A stretch of DNA of 64,000 nt, taken from NCBI GenBank assembly GCA_001003605.1, contig LCPL01000001.1, positions 7,976-71,975 of the forward strand. The letters run 5' to 3'. Origin of the DNA: Parcubacteria group bacterium GW2011_GWC2_48_17. GTDB taxonomy: Bacteria > Patescibacteriota > Minisyncoccia > Phycocordibacterales > UBA10002. The translations under genes and the position numbers were made by a program. Position 1 is the first letter of the stretch; each line of letters begins with the position of its first letter. Under the pieces are notes generated by a model, which was not told where the DNA came from, did not search any database, and was given only the letters and a program-made list of their open reading frames with translations. Positions 29,051 through 37,992 of this stretch are shown here, piece after piece.

Positions 29051-29401
29051 ATGAAGGAATGGAATTACAAGAATCTTATTGTGTGGCAGAAGGCAATTGA
29101 TGTGGCCGTAAAAGTCTATCGTCTCACTGACACTTTCCCCAAAAACGAACAATACGGACTGATGTCTCAAATTCGCAGAGTAGCGTCCTCAATTTCAGCA
29201 AATATCGCGGAAGGTAGTCGGAGAAAAGGACCGAAAGACAGAGTCCATTTTTTTGTCATGGCGTATGGTTCTGGGGCTGAATTAGAATCCCACTTGGAAT
29301 TAGCTAAGCGTCTTTCGTTAGTATCTGAAGAGTCCCTAAAAGAAATGCCGGCGCTTTTAGACGAGGTGATGAAAATGTTAAACCGTCTCACCAGTGTATA
29401 A
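29051..29401 (+). CDS. Four helix bundle protein (23S rRNA IVP / Avd-like family)
   Basis: YKNLIVWQKA, FP..E.YGL.SQIRR.A.SI.ANIAEG and A.GS.AEL motifs. Confidence 0.92.
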   Translation: MKEWNYKNLIVWQKAIDVAVKVYRLTDTFPKNEQYGLMSQIRRVASSISANIAEGSRRKGPKDRVHFFVMAYGSGAELESHLELAKRLSLVSEESLKEMPALLDEVMKMLNRLTSV

Positions 29402-29476
29402 TTTTTAACCTGCTTGGGTTATACTTGAGTCGTTTCTCTTGCTACCTTCTACCCTCTACTTTCTACCTTCTAAACC

Positions 29477-30736
29477 ATGAATTCCTTCCAAATCATCGTC
29501 CTCGGTATCTTCGCCTTCTTCATTGTCGCCGGACTCGCGGCAATATCCCTCGTCAAGCAAAACGCCGGAGCGGAAGTCATATCGCTCACGATGTGGGGAA
29601 GCGTTGATAAAGACTTGGTTGAGAGTATCATCGGTAGCACCGTAAACAGCGAAACGCTCAAGGTTTCCTACAGGGAGATTCCGGAATGGTCGCTTGATAA
29701 AGAGATTGTAGAGGCGCTTGCGGTGCGTCGCGGTCCCGATATGCTTCTCCTGCCGCTTCCGCTTCTCACTCGCTACAAAGACAAACTGTTAGTAATCCCA
29801 TACAGCACTTATCCGGAACGCACATTCAAGGACACATTTATGCAGGAAGGAGACCTTTTCTTATCAAAGAATGGCATAATCGCTTTCCCTTTTTTACTTG
29901 ACCCGATGGTCATGTATTTCAATCGGGATTTGCTTGATGAAGTGAAAAAGCCCCAGGCGCCGAGATTTTGGGATGAATTTATCTCGCTCGCAAGGGACCT
30001 TACTTTGCGCGATGAGTATGGCAATATCTCGCGCAGCGCCGTCGCACTGGGCGAATATCGGAATATAAACCACGCGCGCGAGATTCTGGCGACGCTTTTT
30101 ATGCAGAGCGGAAACCCCATCGTCGCCAAAGGAGATTCCGTAAATAAGGTTACGCTGGACAAAAGTGGCACCTCTCCAGTGCTAGATTTTTACACTGAAT
30201 TCGCGAATCCGCAGAAACCCGTATATTCTTGGAATCGCTCGCTTCCGAGCGCGAGAAGCGCGTTTCTAGCCGCGAACCTAGCAATATACTTCGGTTTTGG
30301 GAGCGAATATGATGGACTGCGCAAAGGGAATCCCAATCTTGATTTTGATATCGCGCCATTTCCGAGGCCCCGAGACGCGAGTATCGCCATCACCTATGGC
30401 AAGCTCACTGGAGTGTCAATTCTCCGTACGGCTTCCAATACTGGAGTGGCCCTTCAAGTCGCTCTAACGCTCGTTAGTCCGAGGGCTCTAAACATACTTC
30501 GCTCCAAAACCGGGTTCCCGCCAGTTCATAGAGGTCTTCTTACTGCAAAGCCGACGGATGCTTTTGGAGCCGTTATGTACGATTCCGCTTTCATGGCGCG
30601 CGGATTTATTGACCCAAACCCGGCAGTATCCGCGGGAATATTCAGGAACATGATAGAATCGGTTACAAGCGGCAGAGCGCGGAGCAAAGAGGCGCTCCAA
30701 AAGGCGAATACGGAAATGAAAGAAGCGTTCCGGTAG
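29477..30736 (+). CDS. Extracellular solute-binding-like protein (membrane anchored)
   Basis: N-terminal TM, L.MWG, GPD, P...D...MYFNRDL and P..WDEF SBP-1 motifs. No adjacent permease or ATPase. Confidence 0.8.
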   Translation: MNSFQIIVLGIFAFFIVAGLAAISLVKQNAGAEVISLTMWGSVDKDLVESIIGSTVNSETLKVSYREIPEWSLDKEIVEALAVRRGPDMLLLPLPLLTRYKDKLLVIPYSTYPERTFKDTFMQEGDLFLSKNGIIAFPFLLDPMVMYFNRDLLDEVKKPQAPRFWDEFISLARDLTLRDEYGNISRSAVALGEYRNINHAREILATLFMQSGNPIVAKGDSVNKVTLDKSGTSPVLDFYTEFANPQKPVYSWNRSLPSARSAFLAANLAIYFGFGSEYDGLRKGNPNLDFDIAPFPRPRDASIAITYGKLTGVSILRTASNTGVALQVALTLVSPRALNILRSKTGFPPVHRGLLTAKPTDAFGAVMYDSAFMARGFIDPNPAVSAGIFRNMIESVTSGRARSKEALQKANTEMKEAFR

Positions 30737-30741
30737 AGACA

Positions 30742-30849
30742 AATACCAATCTGCAAATGTATACCAATTTTCCAATACCTGCGAATAAGAGTTAAGAATC
30801 CGAATTGGTAGGTATTTGTAGATTGGAATGGATTAGTTATCATTGGTAT
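30742..30849. repeat. AATACCAAT...AATACCTGCGAATAA repeat with inverted partner arm
   Basis: A 47-bp unit also found at 32592-32638 and 33130-33176; this copy is followed by an imperfect reverse-complement arm. Confidence 0.75.
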
Positions 30850-30854
30850 CTGTC

Positions 30855-31415
30855 ATGTCTCGTTTTTTCCCAATCTCAATACTTTCCACTCTTGTTCTAC
30901 TTGGAACGGTCATCCCGTTCGCTCATGTCGCGAACGCGCAACAACAAACGAACCCGCCAGGCGAAACCAAATACGACGATGCGTATGTCCCGTGCGGGTA
31001 CGCTGATACAAAAGACAAACAAGGGAAACCGGCAGAACAAACAATCACCTTACCCGATGGCACTACAAAAACTATCCCCGGAGACGGCGTCGTAGACAAC
31101 CCCTGCAAATTCACGCACATCATTGAGCTTGCAAAAAAGCTCATCATGGGTTGGATTATCGCCGGTGTTATAATTGCGACTATGGGTTTCGCGTACGCAG
31201 GGCTTCTCTACATTACCGCCATGGGCTCATCGGAGAAAGTGAGCCACGCGCACTCAATTTTCATAAAAACCTTCTGGGGATTCGTGTTCATGCTTTCCGC
31301 GTGGCTTATAGCGTATACTATGGAGAGCATTTTCCTTTCCAAGGAGGCAAAGTGCAATTCGTTTTTGACCACTCCCGAAGATAGAGTAAAATTGGGGTGT
31401 CCAACGACCCCATAA
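30855..31415 (+). CDS. T4SS/VirB2(TrbC)-like pilin 1
   Basis: Signal peptide, Cys-bounded variable loop, then TM-AG..YITA.G..EKV..A......G-TM. Confidence 0.8.
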   Translation: MSRFFPISILSTLVLLGTVIPFAHVANAQQQTNPPGETKYDDAYVPCGYADTKDKQGKPAEQTITLPDGTTKTIPGDGVVDNPCKFTHIIELAKKLIMGWIIAGVIIATMGFAYAGLLYITAMGSSEKVSHAHSIFIKTFWGFVFMLSAWLIAYTMESIFLSKEAKCNSFLTTPEDRVKLGCPTTP

Positions 31416-31432
31416 GAAATCGGGGAGAACAT

Positions 31433-31561
31433 GACACCCAAAGCACAGTGTCCAAAAACCCAAACAAAGCACAGTGTGTCAAAAAAACAAACAAGTCCGG
31501 TTTGTGTTTTGAAAGTTTGTGCAGTTTGTTTGGGCTTTGTGTACTGTGCTTTGGTAAGTTT
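31433..31561. repeat. ~130-bp dispersed imperfect inverted-repeat element (copy 1)
   Basis: Its reverse complement aligns nearly end to end with 54780-54911. Confidence 0.85.
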
Positions 31562-31584
31562 AAAACAGGTAATTAAGCCAACTT

Positions 31585-32007
31585 ATGTCTTTCATTGAAA
31601 AAGTGTGCCATTCGTTTAGCAAAGTACCACAAATGGCAGTGCATCTGGGCTGGGGCGCTTTTCTCATGCTCTTTCTCACGCCGCAATCAGCCTTTGCGAC
31701 ACCATGTCCCGAAGGAAGACTCTGCAATCCCATCAACTTTCCCAATCTTACCGCGTTCCTGCTTGAAATTGTAAATATAGCAATCCAGTACGGCGCGCTC
31801 CTTATCGTATTTTTCATCGTCTTCGCCGGTTTTAAATTCGTTACGGCGCAAGGGAACAGCGAGAAGGTGAGTGAGGCGAGAAAAATGTTTACGTGGATTG
31901 TTGTCGGCGCCTTCGTGCTTCTTGGCGTCTATGTGATTAAGGCCGCCATCTGCGGCTCCATAGAACAGCTTGGGGTCACGAACGCGTGCGGATTGACTTC
32001 GCAATGA
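31585..32007 (+). CDS. T4SS/VirB2-like pilin 2
   Basis: LCNPI, AGFKFVTAQGNSEKVSEARK...W..VG. Confidence 0.85.
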   Translation: MSFIEKVCHSFSKVPQMAVHLGWGAFLMLFLTPQSAFATPCPEGRLCNPINFPNLTAFLLEIVNIAIQYGALLIVFFIVFAGFKFVTAQGNSEKVSEARKMFTWIVVGAFVLLGVYVIKAAICGSIEQLGVTNACGLTSQ

Positions 32008-32033
32008 AAGCAGTACTTAGTAGTTAGTAGTAG

Positions 32034-32183
32034 AGGACTTACGCGGTTGACTGAATTCTCCCTTAATAAAGGGAGCACTGCCGCCTTCGGCAGGAGGGAT
32101 GTTACAACCCCCGCCTCGCCGACTCGGCACCCCCTTTACTAAGGGGGACACACTTCGACCGGATTCCAAACGCGTAAGTCCTA
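32034..32183. mobile_element. MITE-like element of the AGGACTTACGC family with ccctt/aaggg cargo
   Basis: aggacttacgcg ... cgcgtaagtcct; the interior resembles 37675-37871. Confidence 0.75.
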
Positions 32184-32212
32184 AGTAGTAGATTAATAGA
32201 CAAAGCAAATTG

Positions 32213-32593
32213 ATGAAAACTATAAGCCACAAAACAAATAGATTTTCTTTGCTACCCTCTACCTTCTACCTTCTACCATCTGCTTTCTTCTACCTTCTAC
32301 CTTCTGTTTCCCTTGCCAACGACTCCATCAAAATCTTTGATACTCCCAATAAGCTCACGTTCACAGACCTCGCGGGGCGGCTTGCAGGCGTTGGGAATAC
32401 AATCATAACCTTTCTCGTCGGCGTTGCTCTCGTTCTTTTGATTTGGGGCGCTTTCAAGTACATCCGTGCCGCCGGCGACTCGGAAAAGCTTGCCGAGGGA
32501 CGTCGAGTGGCCGTCTATGGCATCATTGCCTTGTTTCTAATGCTTTCTTTCTGGGGATTTGTTATGATTATCAAGAAGAGCTTGTTCGGGTAA
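32213..32593 (+). CDS. T4SS/VirB2-like pilin 3
   Basis: WGAFKYIRAAGDSEKLAEGR....YGII.LF.M.S.WG.V. Confidence 0.85.
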   Translation: MKTISHKTNRFSLLPSTFYLLPSAFFYLLPSVSLANDSIKIFDTPNKLTFTDLAGRLAGVGNTIITFLVGVALVLLIWGAFKYIRAAGDSEKLAEGRRVAVYGIIALFLMLSFWGFVMIIKKSLFG

Positions 32594-32659
32594 TACCAAT
32601 CTGCGAATGTGAACCAATCTACGAATACCTGCTAATAAAACCTACTAATAAACACGCCA

Positions 32660-33130
32660 ATGGCTAGACAAATTTTCTCAATGCTCCTCATAACGCTGAT
32701 GTTGCTGTCTGGAATGATGATGTTTGCGACTCCCACGTTCGCGATATTGTGCGCCTACACGGACGGCGGCACGGTTGAGGTACCTGGGACAGTGTGTCCT
32801 GATGGAAGCACACCTGTTGGCGATCCATCTGGTGACGGCGGCAGTCAAATAACCACCTTCGCTGGTTTGCTAAAACACATCAACGCACTTCTCAACCTCG
32901 TTGTTCCGTTCCTCGTGGGTCTGGCTGTTTTTGTTATAATCTACGGAGTCTTCAAGTACGTTTTCCACGCGGCAGATGAGGAGAAGCGGACGGAAGCAAG
33001 ACTCTTCATCGTCTGGGGAGTAATCGGCGTCTTCTTCATGCTCTCCATTTGGGGGCTCGTGAATATCCTTGTCAACACCGTTCCTCTGCAAAAAAAGCCG
33101 CCGAAGGTGGAGTCGGTGTTTCCTAAGTAA
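32660..33130 (+). CDS. T4SS/VirB2-like pilin 4
   Basis: YGVFKYV..AADEEKR.EAR.FIVWGVIG.F.MLSIWGLVNIL. Confidence 0.85.
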   Translation: MARQIFSMLLITLMLLSGMMMFATPTFAILCAYTDGGTVEVPGTVCPDGSTPVGDPSGDGGSQITTFAGLLKHINALLNLVVPFLVGLAVFVIIYGVFKYVFHAADEEKRTEARLFIVWGVIGVFFMLSIWGLVNILVNTVPLQKKPPKVESVFPK

Positions 33131-33178
33131 ATACCAATATACGAATGGGAACCAATCTACGAATACCTGCGAATAAGA

Positions 33179-33299
33179 TAGGACTTACGCATTTCGTCAT
33201 TTTCTGTCATTCCCGCGCAGGCGGGAATCCATGCCTTGAAATAACACTCTGGATTCCCGTTCCCCGCCTTCGCGAGGACAAGCTTCACGGGAATGACAC
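33179..33299. repeat. One-ended TAGGACTTACGC element with gtcattccc...gggaatgac palindrome
   Basis: Left end matches 18972; interior homologous to 19001-19070 with an extra nested insert; no right end seen. Confidence 0.7.
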
Positions 33300-33335
33300 C
33301 AAATACGACTTTTTAGAAGCTAATTTCTTAACCTC

Positions 33336-33905
33336 ATGAAGAAAACATACGCGTTTGCGGCAATCTTTGTGTTACTTTTCGTTCTGTCCGCTTCTTTACT
33401 GCCCGGTATTACATTTGCGAACCATGTGTGTATCGGCGATCCTAATTGGGACGAGGACAATGATTTTGCCGAAGGCCATGCTTGTGTCCCGGCCAGCAAT
33501 AGCGGCGGTGGCGGCAAAATAACCACCTTTGAAGGTTTGCTCGGCAAACTAAGTTCGGCCGTCAACTCGCTCGTGCCGTTCATAATAGGACTCGCGGTTT
33601 TTGTCATTATCTGGGGGATTTTTAACTACATCGTGCGTGCCGCAGATGAGGAGAAACGGGCGGATGCGAAAAAGTACATTATCTGGGGAATCGTTGGGTT
33701 GTTTTTTATGCTCTCCATCTGGGGCTTCGTGAACATCCTCTTAAACAGCATCAACCTTGATAGGACCATCAAGACAAGCGATATTCCAAGAGTTCCAAGC
33801 ATTGGCGGGATAGACGGGACAGATGGCGGCACCCCCAGCGGACGGGACAATGGAAGAGATGGCACAGATGACTGTGATCCATCTATTAAGGATTGTCAGC
33901 AATAA
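33336..33905 (+). CDS. T4SS/VirB2-like pilin 5
   Basis: WGIFNYI..AADEEKR...K.YIIWGIVG.F.MLSIWGFVNIL. Confidence 0.85.
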   Translation: MKKTYAFAAIFVLLFVLSASLLPGITFANHVCIGDPNWDEDNDFAEGHACVPASNSGGGGKITTFEGLLGKLSSAVNSLVPFIIGLAVFVIIWGIFNYIVRAADEEKRADAKKYIIWGIVGLFFMLSIWGFVNILLNSINLDRTIKTSDIPRVPSIGGIDGTDGGTPSGRDNGRDGTDDCDPSIKDCQQ

Positions 33906-33924
33906 TTATGAGTGTACCGCCACT

Positions 33925-34281
33925 ATGTTGTTTAGCATAGGAAAGAAAAACACAGCTCTCATTTGGTACGGCCTTCTTTATTTTTTTCTCGCGCCACTCA
34001 CTTTGTTCGCGCAGTCTACTGACCTGCCGAAAGACGCAACCGAGCTCCTCAACCGCATAAGCACATTCATCATAAACCCCATCATCTATCTCCTTTTCGC
34101 CGCCGCGTTTGTAATTTTCGTTTGGGGACTCGTGCAATTCGTGGCGCATCTTGACAACGAAGAGGCGAGAAGCACGGGGGGTAAGCACATGATTTGGGGC
34201 ATCATCGGCATGGTCATCATGGTCAGCGTCAACGGAATAATCTACATAATCCAAAACACCATTCTTCAGCTGGGAAGCTGA
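33925..34281 (+). CDS. T4SS/VirB2-like pilin 6
   Basis: IINPII.LLFA.A...FVWG..QF......EEAR..G.KHMIWGIIG. Start ATG 33925. Confidence 0.85.
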   Translation: MLFSIGKKNTALIWYGLLYFFLAPLTLFAQSTDLPKDATELLNRISTFIINPIIYLLFAAAFVIFVWGLVQFVAHLDNEEARSTGGKHMIWGIIGMVIMVSVNGIIYIIQNTILQLGS

Positions 34282-34413
34282 AGAATAGCTGCTAGCTGTT
34301 AGGTGCTAGGTTCTAGGAAGGAAAAAGAAAAGAAATAGATGCATGAAAGCCGAAAACTAACCGCTTCTGCCCTGCCTTTGACCGATAACGCCACTAATGC
34401 TAGCATAAGAACC

Positions 34414-34638
34414 ATGAATACAATCGTTTTGAAAACAGCTGAATATCAAGAACTAAAGACCCGCGCTGATGCATACGATAGGTTGGTATTTGCCGTGCGT
34501 GAAGAGATTTTTTCGCCACCTCCGACCCGAAACCGCGCCAAGATTATTTCTGAATTAAAAAAGACAAAACGCTATAACAATAAATTTCTTGAGAGTCTCG
34601 CTCGCGGTTTGAAGCGTTCGTCGTATTTCACCTCATAG
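34414..34638 (+). CDS. Putative antitoxin
   Basis: Small ORF immediately upstream of a RelE-fold gene. Likely start is ATG 34414. Confidence 0.6.
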   Translation: MNTIVLKTAEYQELKTRADAYDRLVFAVREEIFSPPPTRNRAKIISELKKTKRYNNKFLESLARGLKRSSYFTS

Positions 34639-34645
34639 ATTTTCC

Positions 34646-34894
34646 ATGAAAATACTCCCGCTTCATTCGGAAATCGTCCGGTATATTAAAGCGCGAGGTT
34701 TGCTAAAACGGTTTGAAAAGCAGTCAAGACTTTTCGTCGCTAATTTAAATCATCCGAGTCTTGAAATGGGATTGCTTGAACCAAGGCATTTGCGCATTTT
34801 TAGTTTTCGCCTCAACCGGAAGTACCGAGCGATTTTCATTTTTCAAGACAGGGAGACGATTGAGGTGATTGATATCAATAATCACTACCAATAA
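34646..34894 (+). CDS. RelE/ParE-superfamily toxin
   Basis: HPSL....L, IFSFRLNRKYRAIF and IEVIDINNHY motifs. Confidence 0.8.
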   Translation: MKILPLHSEIVRYIKARGLLKRFEKQSRLFVANLNHPSLEMGLLEPRHLRIFSFRLNRKYRAIFIFQDRETIEVIDINNHYQ

Positions 34895-35025
34895 GAAGAA
34901 TAGCTGCTGGCTGTCCGGCGCTAGGTTCTAGCCGGATAAAGGAGAGGAAGATAGCTTCTAGCTGCTAGGTTCTAGCTTTTAGGAAAGAAATCGAAAAACA
35001 ACTTCTAGATAAGCGCCACACATGT

Positions 35026-35394
35026 ATGACTATCACAAAATCCTACAAAGACCTGATTGTGTGGCAAAAAGGAGTTGAACTTTCCGTGCTTGTATATGAA
35101 CTGACTGAAAAGTTTCCCAATGAAGAGAGATATGCGCTTACTTCACAAATGAGACGAGCTGCCGTTTCCATTCCATCAAATATAGCCGAAGGGCGTTGTA
35201 GAAGTACAAAAAAGGATTTTTGCCAGTTTCTGCATATTGCCCTCGGTTCTGCGGCAGAGCTTGAAACACAAATAGAAATTGCAAAGCGAATATCAAAGAC
35301 CTCCAATATCTCATATACAACCATAGAAGCCCTGCTTACCGAAGTTATGAAAATGCTCAATGCTCTTATCTCCAAACTAGAAGCCAATGCCTGA
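35026..35394 (+). CDS. Four helix bundle protein (second copy)
   Basis: SYKDLIVWQK, FP.EERYALTSQMRRAAVSIPSNIAEG and ALGSAAELETQ motifs. Confidence 0.93.
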   Translation: MTITKSYKDLIVWQKGVELSVLVYELTEKFPNEERYALTSQMRRAAVSIPSNIAEGRCRSTKKDFCQFLHIALGSAAELETQIEIAKRISKTSNISYTTIEALLTEVMKMLNALISKLEANA

Positions 35395-35563
35395 CAGCGC
35401 CAGCACCTTCTCTCGATTCTGCTTCTTCTAGAACCTAGCAGCTAACACCTATCCCTTGCTATCCACACCCCCCCCTTGCGCGTGCGGGAATATAGGATAG
35501 AATAGTGCGTATTAATAGGATTTTCCAAATAGGTCGTATTACTAATTATTTTATAAGTGCTTT

Positions 35564-35989
35564 ATGACTACATTGAAGAAAATTGTCCTTGCGGTCTCTG
35601 CGTATGCTTTGCCGCTGGCCGCGTTTGCACAGGCAGAGGTAGGTAATCTTACTGACCTGTTTATCACAATAAACGGGATTATCAACACCATTATTCCGTT
35701 TCTCGTCGGAATCGCCGTCTTTATCATCATCTGGGGCGTCTTCACCTACATTGCCGGCGCGGGAGACGAGGAGAAGCGGGCGCAGGCGAAGTCGTTCATC
35801 GTCTGGGGTGTTGTCGGCGTGTTTATCATGCTCTCCATCTGGGGGCTCGTGAACATCCTCGCCAACAGCATAAATCTCAAAAAAGACCCGCTTTCACAAG
35901 ATGACCTTCCGACATTTGACTTTGATTTCGGGCAGGACGTTGGCCCTGGCCCTGGCCCTGGTCCCGGCCCTGGCGATGAACAACAGTAA
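35564..35989 (+). CDS. T4SS/VirB2-like pilin 7 (own promoter; Gly-Pro tail)
   Basis: WGVFTYIAGAGDEEKRAQAK.FIVWG; TTGCGC/TAGAAT upstream; terminator downstream. Confidence 0.85.
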   Translation: MTTLKKIVLAVSAYALPLAAFAQAEVGNLTDLFITINGIINTIIPFLVGIAVFIIIWGVFTYIAGAGDEEKRAQAKSFIVWGVVGVFIMLSIWGLVNILANSINLKKDPLSQDDLPTFDFDFGQDVGPGPGPGPGPGDEQQ

Positions 35990-36024
35990 TTAGTGTGTTT
36001 CGTGATGGTTCTCTGATTAAAAAG

Positions 36025-36054
36025 AAACGCCAAGGACCTCTGTCCTTGGCGTTT
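36025..36054. terminator. Intrinsic terminator ending the pilin locus
   Basis: aaacgccaaggac-ctct-gtccttggcgttt. Confidence 0.7.
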
Positions 36055-36084
36055 TGCGTTGTTTCCCCATCCATGGGAGATTTT

Positions 36085-36804
36085 TCACTGTCTCCGATTG
36101 ACGGCGAGGCCGGAGCGACCTTGGACTTCACCTGCCACAACGGCGGTGAAGCTCTGGGTCTTAACTACCGTTCCCCGTAAGTGTCCATGCCGAGGAAGCG
36201 GGGAGCCGATGGAGGCGGCATGTCGGCGTCCTTTTTTCAGGAAGTTCGGGGTGGACACGTCCACATGTCCCCTCACATGAGCGGACGCCGTAATCCTTGC
36301 CCTACTCCCGCCGTAAACGGTGGGGGGGAGGAAGCTCCGAGTCCCTCCACCGAAGTTGGAGTGCGTTGACCCCCATTGCCGACTTGGAGCAAGCATCAAT
36401 GCTCCATTCGAGCGGCGCACTAACACCGCCTTTCCGCGAGGAGCTGGGTAGTTCCCTTGCCGTACTTCCTGCGGCGCAATGTTGCCAGTAACCCCCGTAA
36501 CCCCCGGATTGGGGAAGGGGGGAATGACCGTCGGTGAGGTCGCGCCCGGAGGCCTCTGCCCGAGAACCCTCTCCCTCCATGTTCGCTCTTCAACCGGCGG
36601 TGTTGACACCACCGTGAAGTTTGTCTGGGCGTACACGACTTGGGGTTGATTCCCCACCTGCTGTGATATCACTGTCCCAGAGATGTTGGTCGTAAGGACC
36701 GGCGGGACATACCGATGCCCCACACTCCCAGTCCGCGGGCCGACGCATCCTACCGCCGTCATGGCGATTATGATTCCAAAGAACAAACCGATTTTTGCTT
36801 TCAT
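36085..36804 (-). CDS. Hypothetical lipoprotein-like, low-complexity protein
   Basis: Signal peptide ending TAVGC; TTGACG/TATAAT upstream on the minus strand. Confidence 0.55.
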   Translation of the reverse strand: MKAKIGLFFGIIIAMTAVGCVGPRTGSVGHRYVPPVLTTNISGTVISQQVGNQPQVVYAQTNFTVVSTPPVEERTWRERVLGQRPPGATSPTVIPPFPNPGVTGVTGNIAPQEVRQGNYPAPRGKAVLVRRSNGALMLAPSRQWGSTHSNFGGGTRSFLPPTVYGGSRARITASAHVRGHVDVSTPNFLKKGRRHAASIGSPLPRHGHLRGTVVKTQSFTAVVAGEVQGRSGLAVNRRQ

Positions 36805-37010
36805 TTCTGCCTTTCGGTGTTGTATCCGCGACTTTGCCGCGGATGGGTTTCTGAAATGCTGCGAGCATTATATCATGCATACCAATATGTCGTCAAGTTT
36901 TGAATCAAGGTTCAACTTTTCTCCGATTTTAAGGTTGAACCTTGGTATCAGAAAAAAAAACGCCAGACGCGGGGTGCGTCTGGCGCTGTGCAGGAAGGTC
37001 TCCTCGGATA

Positions 37011-37535
37011 CTATCGCCGGCCATAGCTGGGAAGGAGCACCAACGCTCCGTCAGAGCGATAACCAAATCGCGCCCTCCCAGTGGAATAGCGGTACGGCCG
37101 ATAGTGTCGGCCATATCCTCCATACCCGCTAGTGCGGTAGTACCCGCGCCTGTAGTGGGAGTAGGAGTACGGGTGATAGTGGCGAACACTTTCAGCGCCG
37201 GGCATGAAGTATTGGTATTGGACGGGGTACGCGCCCCCTCCAGCCTGGACGAGAAGAACAAATTGATGTCCGCCTCCTCCTTGGGGAGCGGTTGAAGCAG
37301 GCGCTGATATCGGCTCCGTCGGCACGAAGACTGGCGTCCCATCTTTTGCAAAGAGCCACTGTCCCTGAAGCTCCACCAGTTTCCCATCCCGCAGAATTGT
37401 CGGGTTTTTGAGCACGACGGGTGGGTTGATGGAAGCCGCCAATGGCGGTGTTGCGGGGTCGGAAGCGGCTTGCCCAAAGGCAAGCGGGCCGATGCCAAGT
37501 GCGATGGCAAAGAACAGACTTTTCTTGTTTTTCAT
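37011..37535 (-). CDS. Hypothetical secreted protein with Tyr/Gly/Arg-rich C-terminus
   Basis: Signal peptide; hairpin terminator near 36960-36985. Confidence 0.6.
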   Translation of the reverse strand: MKNKKSLFFAIALGIGPLAFGQAASDPATPPLAASINPPVVLKNPTILRDGKLVELQGQWLFAKDGTPVFVPTEPISAPASTAPQGGGGHQFVLLVQAGGGAYPVQYQYFMPGAESVRHYHPYSYSHYRRGYYRTSGYGGYGRHYRPYRYSTGRARFGYRSDGALVLLPSYGRR

Positions 37536-37674
37536 GCAGTCGAATAGGTTTTGAGTGTTTCGATTGGCTGGTTTTTACCAGCAGAGGACTTTTCTCTGTT
37601 TCGACTCTACCACGGCATCACAATCGCGTCCAACATTAAAGGGTAATCACCGATACTCCCATCTTCTTCCGGAA

Positions 37675-37871
37675 TTCTCCCTTACCAAAGGGAGTACCGA
37701 ATTCTGATTCGGGGAGGGTTGTTGCGGGTAAGCTATTTGTTAAGGGGGAAACAACCCCCGCTCCGAAGACGGAGCATCCCTTCACTAAGGGAAAGACAAC
37801 CCCCACCTCGCAGACTCGGCACCCCCTTTGTTTCCGCCAAAGGACGGATCCGCCTCTGGAGGAAAGGGGGA
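37675..37871. repeat. Cluster of ccctt/aaggg REP-like palindromes
   Basis: Tandem acaacccc...ctcg..gactcggcaccccctt units, also present at 32104-32148. Confidence 0.7.
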
Positions 37872-37893
37872 TTGGAGAGTGTGAGAATTGACT

Positions 37894-37934
37894 AAAAACA
37901 CCGACTCCAGAAGCTCCTGGAGTCGGTGTTTTTT
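37894..37934. terminator. Strong hairpin with A/T tails
   Basis: aaaaacaccgactccag...ctggagtcggtgttttt. Confidence 0.7.
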
Positions 37935-37992
37935 ATTTGTATTTTGGAATTTGTGATTTGTTTAGAGTTTAGAGTTTCGAATTTAGAGTTTC

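Noticed and set aside
35942-35974. ggccct hexamer run as a phase-variation tract
   Set aside because: The unit is a multiple of three at the extreme C-terminus, so it only alters Gly-Pro tail length.
29051-35989. Diversity-generating retroelement (Avd-like genes beside variable pilins)
   Set aside because: No reverse transcriptase in the window and no TR/VR pair with adenine-specific differences was seen.
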